Source of the DNA: the human T2T-CHM13v2.0 reference genome, Homo sapiens
Reading direction: 5' to 3' (one strand)
Assembly: GCF_009914755.1 (NCBI RefSeq)
Contig: NC_060932.1
Length of the DNA stretch: 64,000 nucleotides
The notes below the pieces were generated by a model that was not told the origin of the DNA, did not search any database, and worked only from the letters and a program-made list of their open reading frames with translations. Below are positions 59,026 through 64,000 of the stretch, piece after piece (position 1 is the stretch's first letter; every line of letters begins with the position of its first letter). Made by a program: the position numbers and the translations under genes.

Positions 59026-60752
59026 TTTTTTAACTTTTATTTTAGGTTCAGAGCTACATGTTCAGGTTTGTTATATAGGTAAATTTGTGTCATGGGGGTT
59101 TGTTATACAGATTATTTAATCACCCAGGTACTAAGCCTAGTACCCAATAGTTTTTTATATTTCTGATCCACTCTGTCCTTTCACCCTCCACAATCAAGTA
59201 GGCCCCAGTGTCTGTTTTTCCCCTCTTTGTGTCCATGCATTCTCATTATTTAGCTCCCACTTATAAGTGAGAATGTGTGGTATTTGGTTTTCTGTTCCTG
59301 CATTATTTTTCTAAGGATAATGGCCTCTAGCTCCATCCACTGTTCCTGCAAAGGACATGATCTTGTTCTTTTTTATGGCTGCATAGTATTCCATGGAGCA
59401 TATGTACCAAATTTCCTTTATCTGGTCTGCCATTGATGGACATTCAGATTGATTTCATGTCTTTGCTACTGTGAATAGTGCTGCAATGAACATATGTGTG
59501 CACGTGTCTCTATGGTACAATGACCCAATAATGAGATTGCTAGGTGGGATAGCAGCTCTGTTTTTAGCTCTTTGAGAAATCACCACACTGTTTTCCACAA
59601 TGGTTGAACTAATTTACCTTCCCATCAGCACTGTATAAGCATCCCCTTTTCTCTGCATCCTCCCCAGCATGTAATTTTTTGACTTTTTAGTAATAGCAAA
59701 TCTGATTGGTGTGAGATACTATCTCATTGTGGTTTTGATTTGCATTTCTCTAATCATCAGTGATTCTGAGCCTTTCTTCATATACTTATTGGCCATGTGT
59801 ATGTCTTCTTTTGAAAATTATCTGTTCATGTCCTTTGCCCACATTTTAATGGGGTTGGCTTTTTTTCTTATAAATTTATTTAAGTTTATTTTAGATCCTG
59901 GATACTAGATCTTTGTCAGATGCATAGTTTACAAATATTTTCTTCCATTCTGTAGATTGTTTACTCTGTTGATAGATTCTTTTGCTGTGCAGAAGCTCTT
60001 AAGTTTAACTAGGTTCCATTTGTCAATTTTCATTTTTGTTGCAATTGTTTTTAGTGTCTTTGTAATGAAGTCTTCACCAGGTTCTATGTCCAGAATGGTA
60101 TTTTCTAGGTTATCATCCAGGATTGATATAATTTTTGGCTTTAGACTTGAATCTTTAATGCATCTTGAGTTAAATTTTGTATATGGTGCAAGGAAGAGGT
60201 TCAGTTTCAATCTTATGCATATGGCATCTTGAGTTAATTTTTGTATATGGTGTAAGGAAGAGGTTCAGTTTCAATCTTATGCATATGCCTAGCCAGTTTT
60301 CCCAGAACCATTTATTGAAGGAGTCCTTTCCCTATTGCTTGTTTTTATCAGCTTTGGCAAAGATCAGATTATTTTAGATGTGTGGCATTATTTCTGGCTC
60401 TCCATTCTGTTCCATTGATCTAGGTGCCTGTTTTTGTACAAATGCCATGCTGTTTTGGTTACTGTGGCCCTGTAGTATAGTTTGAAGTCAGGCAGCATGG
60501 TGTCTTCAGCTTTGTTCTTTTTGCTTAGGATTGCCTTGGCTATTCAGGCTATTTTTTGATTCCATATGAATTTTAGAATAGTTTTTTCTAGTTCTGTGAA
60601 GAATGTTTGTTAGTTTGATAGGAATAGTACTGTATCTATAAATTGCTTTGGCAGTATGACTATTTTAACAATATTGATTCTTCCTATCCATGAGCATGGA
60701 ATACTTTTCCATTTGTTTGTGTCATGTCTGATTCCTTTGAGCTGTGTTGTGT
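59026..60752 (-). mobile_element. 5'-truncated L1 (L1PA13-16-like) containing a 64-bp tandem duplication at ~60160-60287
   Basis: Antisense 3'UTR and ORF2 end; TSD taattatctaaa (59014-59025 / 60753-60764). Confidence 0.92.
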
Positions 60753-60774
60753 TAATTATCTAAAATTTAATGAG

Positions 60775-61450
60775 TACAGTGGATGTGTTTATCTGCACTA
60801 CAGAATGAAACTATAAAAATTTTATACAAATTATATTTTCCTTTTATACTTCAATAAATATGAACTATAAAGTAAATAAATAGTGAAATGCAGTAATACA
60901 TTTAGGATATAATAAAAGCAATAAAATTTAACTATTACAAAAACAAAAAGACAATCTAAACTGTTTAGTGCTTATTAAAGAGTTGTTTGAGTGAGGTTTG
61001 GTACTAAGAAGAGGAACATGTAGTTTGGCGGTAAGTGAAGATTAGTTATAGTGAGCTGGAGAAAAAAAACGAGTAAAAAAAGTAGATATCTGAGGTATGT
61101 AGTACAGGTTGCACTTCTTGACACTCAGATGGCCATCTAAAACCATAGAGAAGGCGTTGGGATGGAAGTCTCAGTAATCGCTTTGAAATATTTTGGTTAC
61201 AATTACGTGGTTCCTGAGAGTATGACACCATGCATGTCATCATCTTTTTAAATGTGATGTTTCTCTTCATGTCATGATCATATTCACAAGCAACAGCAAT
61301 AATTTTGTCTGCATCATCTAAAATTTCTTTTAAAGGTTTTGCATCCTCTATTCATGACACTTTTTTTCCACCAATAGTTCCCTGTATTTCACCAAGAAAA
61401 ATGGATTCAGCCTTGCTATTAATAGAAACTGCTTCAACCCTAATTAGTAT
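60775..61450 (-). mobile_element. Putative ancient Tigger/pogo-type DNA transposon 3' remnant
   Basis: TA-CAGTGG.. terminus at 60775; minus-strand frame reads KPLKEILDDADKIIAVACEYDHDMKRNITFKKMMTCMVSY, resembling the Tigger transposase C-terminal 'E.DP..ER...K......Y' helix. Confidence 0.5.
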
Positions 61451-62959
61451 TTACCTTAGATCTCAGCAAACCTGCCTGGGCTTGGCTGTGGATTTTCTCC
61501 TGCCAGACTCCTCCTCATAGGGAATATAGTTCTAGAGATCAAGAGGATGTGCCCACCTAGTGTTTCTGCCTCTCATTTAGATCAAAATCAGGTAACTAAG
61601 ACCCTAGAATTTCCTGCCCAAATGGACACAAGCCTGCATACACCTCTCTCTAGACTGATCCTGTAAACAGTGGATGCCCAATGAGGGGTGGCCACACTGT
61701 GGCTCTTTGCTGAGCCTGGGGATGGGGAAAGAGTCAGTGAATGGAACTTTTAAATGTGGGCTGGAATATTCACACTCACATATGCAAAGTCCCTCACAGT
61801 ATGGGGTAGCTGATGGAGGCAAAGTTGGGTGAGCTGTGGGCTGGAACCCTTCATTTTTCTCTACCTCAGGCTGTACAAAGCTTAAGGGTGGGCCTGTCAA
61901 TGATCTTTAAATTATATAATCTTACAGCTTCTCAACTTTCTCAAACCATTCCTGAGTTGCTTTGGAACTCAGCTTCCTCCACTAATCACTCCCTTTCTCT
62001 GCTGCCTTCTTCAGATCTTTAGAGATGTCCAGTGTCTTCTGCTATCTCAATACAAGGCTAAATTACATCCCATGCTGAGTGTGTCTCTCAATCCATTACA
62101 TACTCTATTTCTCTAGTTATTAAAAAATATTATGCTGTGCTCAAGTAACACAGCGATGCTTTCCAGCATCAACAATGCTTTTATAATATTTGTTTTCTCC
62201 TTATGTACACAATAGATATAGAAATGTGTATGGTCAAGCTTTAGATGTTTTATGCATTTACTTTGTTCAATAGACTTTACCACCTCCAACATCTTTTTAA
62301 GCATATGAGCTTTTCTAGAAAATTTGTTTCTGCAGAGTGTTTCAAAAAATATATTAAAAATATTTTCACTTCATAATGTCAAGCAAATAAGTAAAAGAAT
62401 GCACAAAATGTTTTAAAAACAGAAGTATGAAAAGTCTTCCTATCAGAACAGAGAAGATATGAAAGCAGTGCTCTCTGAATCCTCTTGTCCAGATTCCAAC
62501 CTAAACTATTTTTGCTAGCACATGTATGATGATATATTGGCTTGTATTTCAACTAAAGTAGTGAGTTTTACGTATAAATTTTACAAATATTTACAGCAAA
62601 TATTTGGAGAGTGAGCATTCATACAGTGAGGGATACCTGAACTTCTCTCTTCAATTTATTCTGTGAGCTGTCAAAAGACCGTATTTCTAACATAAATACT
62701 ATTCTAATTAATCAGTTCCCTTCTTTTGAAACACTGATACTTCCCAACATTTTATGAAAAAAAAATCTGAACCATTAACATGTCATTCAAGTCCATTCAT
62801 CATCTGATTCCAACCTACCTTTCCAGCCCTATCCTAACCTCTTCCAATTATAAGCTTACACTCAAACCATACAAATCTACTTGTGGTTATTCAGACAAAT
62901 AGTCATAAAACGAGTTCCTCTGTTTGGAATGTCTTTCTCTATTTGTATGGTACACATAT

Positions 62960-64000
62960 CTTCTCTTTTCTCAACTTTCTAATGCCTCCTTTTCCACCCC
63001 CACATTCCATTGATAACTTTGCTTTCTACTTTTCTAAGACAATTAAAACCATCAGAAGAGAACCGACACCAACTCTCACCACAACTATTACCCCTTAGTA
63101 TCTCTACCTATAAACCCTGCCTTACTTTGTGTAACTATAAATAAACTGTTTCTGCTTCTATCAAAAAATAGCCCCTGTATGCCTGTGCAAGATCCTTACT
63201 GGCCCAAGGACATCACTCCAGCAATGCTTCCCTCTCTCCCTCAGCATCAAATTTCTCCTCTGCTGAATCACTCCCAACAGGGTATAAACAAGGTATTATT
63301 TCTCCCATCTGGGAAAACAAATTCCTCTCTTAGCTTTACTTCATCCTCTGGCTTCCACATCATTTTTCTGCTCCTCTTTGTAGCAAAACTCCAGAAAAAG
63401 TGCTTTATTCTCCATATCTCTAATTCGTCTCCCCTCATTCTCTCCTACTTCCATTCCAATCAGGTTTTTCACCAATGTCATGCTATGAAAGCTGCTTTGG
63501 TAAAGGTCAATAGTGACCTCCACATTGCAAAGTCCAGAGGTCAAACTCAGTTCTCATGATGCATGGCCCATCAGAAGCATTTGACATTACTGATCACATT
63601 CACTTCCTGGAAATACTTTCTTCATTTGGACTCTAGAGGATCACACTGTTGGCTTTCCTTTTACCTGATGACCCCATCTTCTTAGATCCTGCTGCTATTT
63701 CTACCTCTATACAATCTCAAAATTCTTAATGTTGGTTCCTCAGAACTTAATTTATGGACATCTTCCCTATCAATACTTACTTATTTGATAATAGCATTCA
63801 GTCTCATGGCTTTAAATACCATTTGATGACTCCAAAAGTTTTATCTCCAGCTGGACCTCTCTCCTAAAATCCAAACCTGAATGCCCAACTACCTATTTGA
63901 TATAGTCACCTAGAGGTCTAGGAGACATTTCAAACCTAATATGTTTAAAGCTGAAGTCTTAATTTATCCCCTGAAACCTGATATATTCAGCCTTTCTCTT
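62960..64000 (+). mobile_element. L2 ORF2 (RT) region remnant
   Basis: ORF 63179-63559 ends 'KAALVKVNSDLHIAKSRGQ', followed by 'gcatttgacattactgatcac' (L2 RT 'ETAL.KVTNDL.IAKS...AFDT.DH'). Confidence 0.85.

Noticed and set aside
61600-61895. GC-richer segment possibly from a hAT/MER91-like element
   Set aside because: Only one terminus-like motif was seen, which is insufficient for a call.

Overview
Primate genomic DNA, almost certainly human or ape, and essentially intergenic. Most of the window is transposable-element derived, and no host protein-coding exon can be supported. The only recognisable gene is a MADE1-derived miR-548 hairpin at ~49.64-49.72 kb whose arms match my recollection of miR-548az-5p/3p, which would tentatively place the window at 8q24.12. 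The left two-thirds is an L1/MaLR pile-up: a full-length MST MaLR with an internal ~0.87 kb duplication, a full-length L1PA6-like element on the minus strand, and a ~22.7 kb nested block. In that block an L2 is split by a near full-length L1MA7/8, which hosts a THE1D (itself split by a full-length L1PA3), an MST-type solo LTR, a Tigger3/MER7, a 5'-inverted L1PA2-like insert and a second full-length L1PA6-like element. The most notable observation is that the two inverted L1PA6-like elements have separate TSDs and divergent UTRs yet share at least five identical disabling lesions across ~4 kb, pointing to long-tract gene conversion between inverted neighbours. Smaller shared variants link the other local L1s. 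I found no evidence of a novel gene system. Subfamily names and consensus sequences come from memory and need RepeatMasker/Dfam confirmation.
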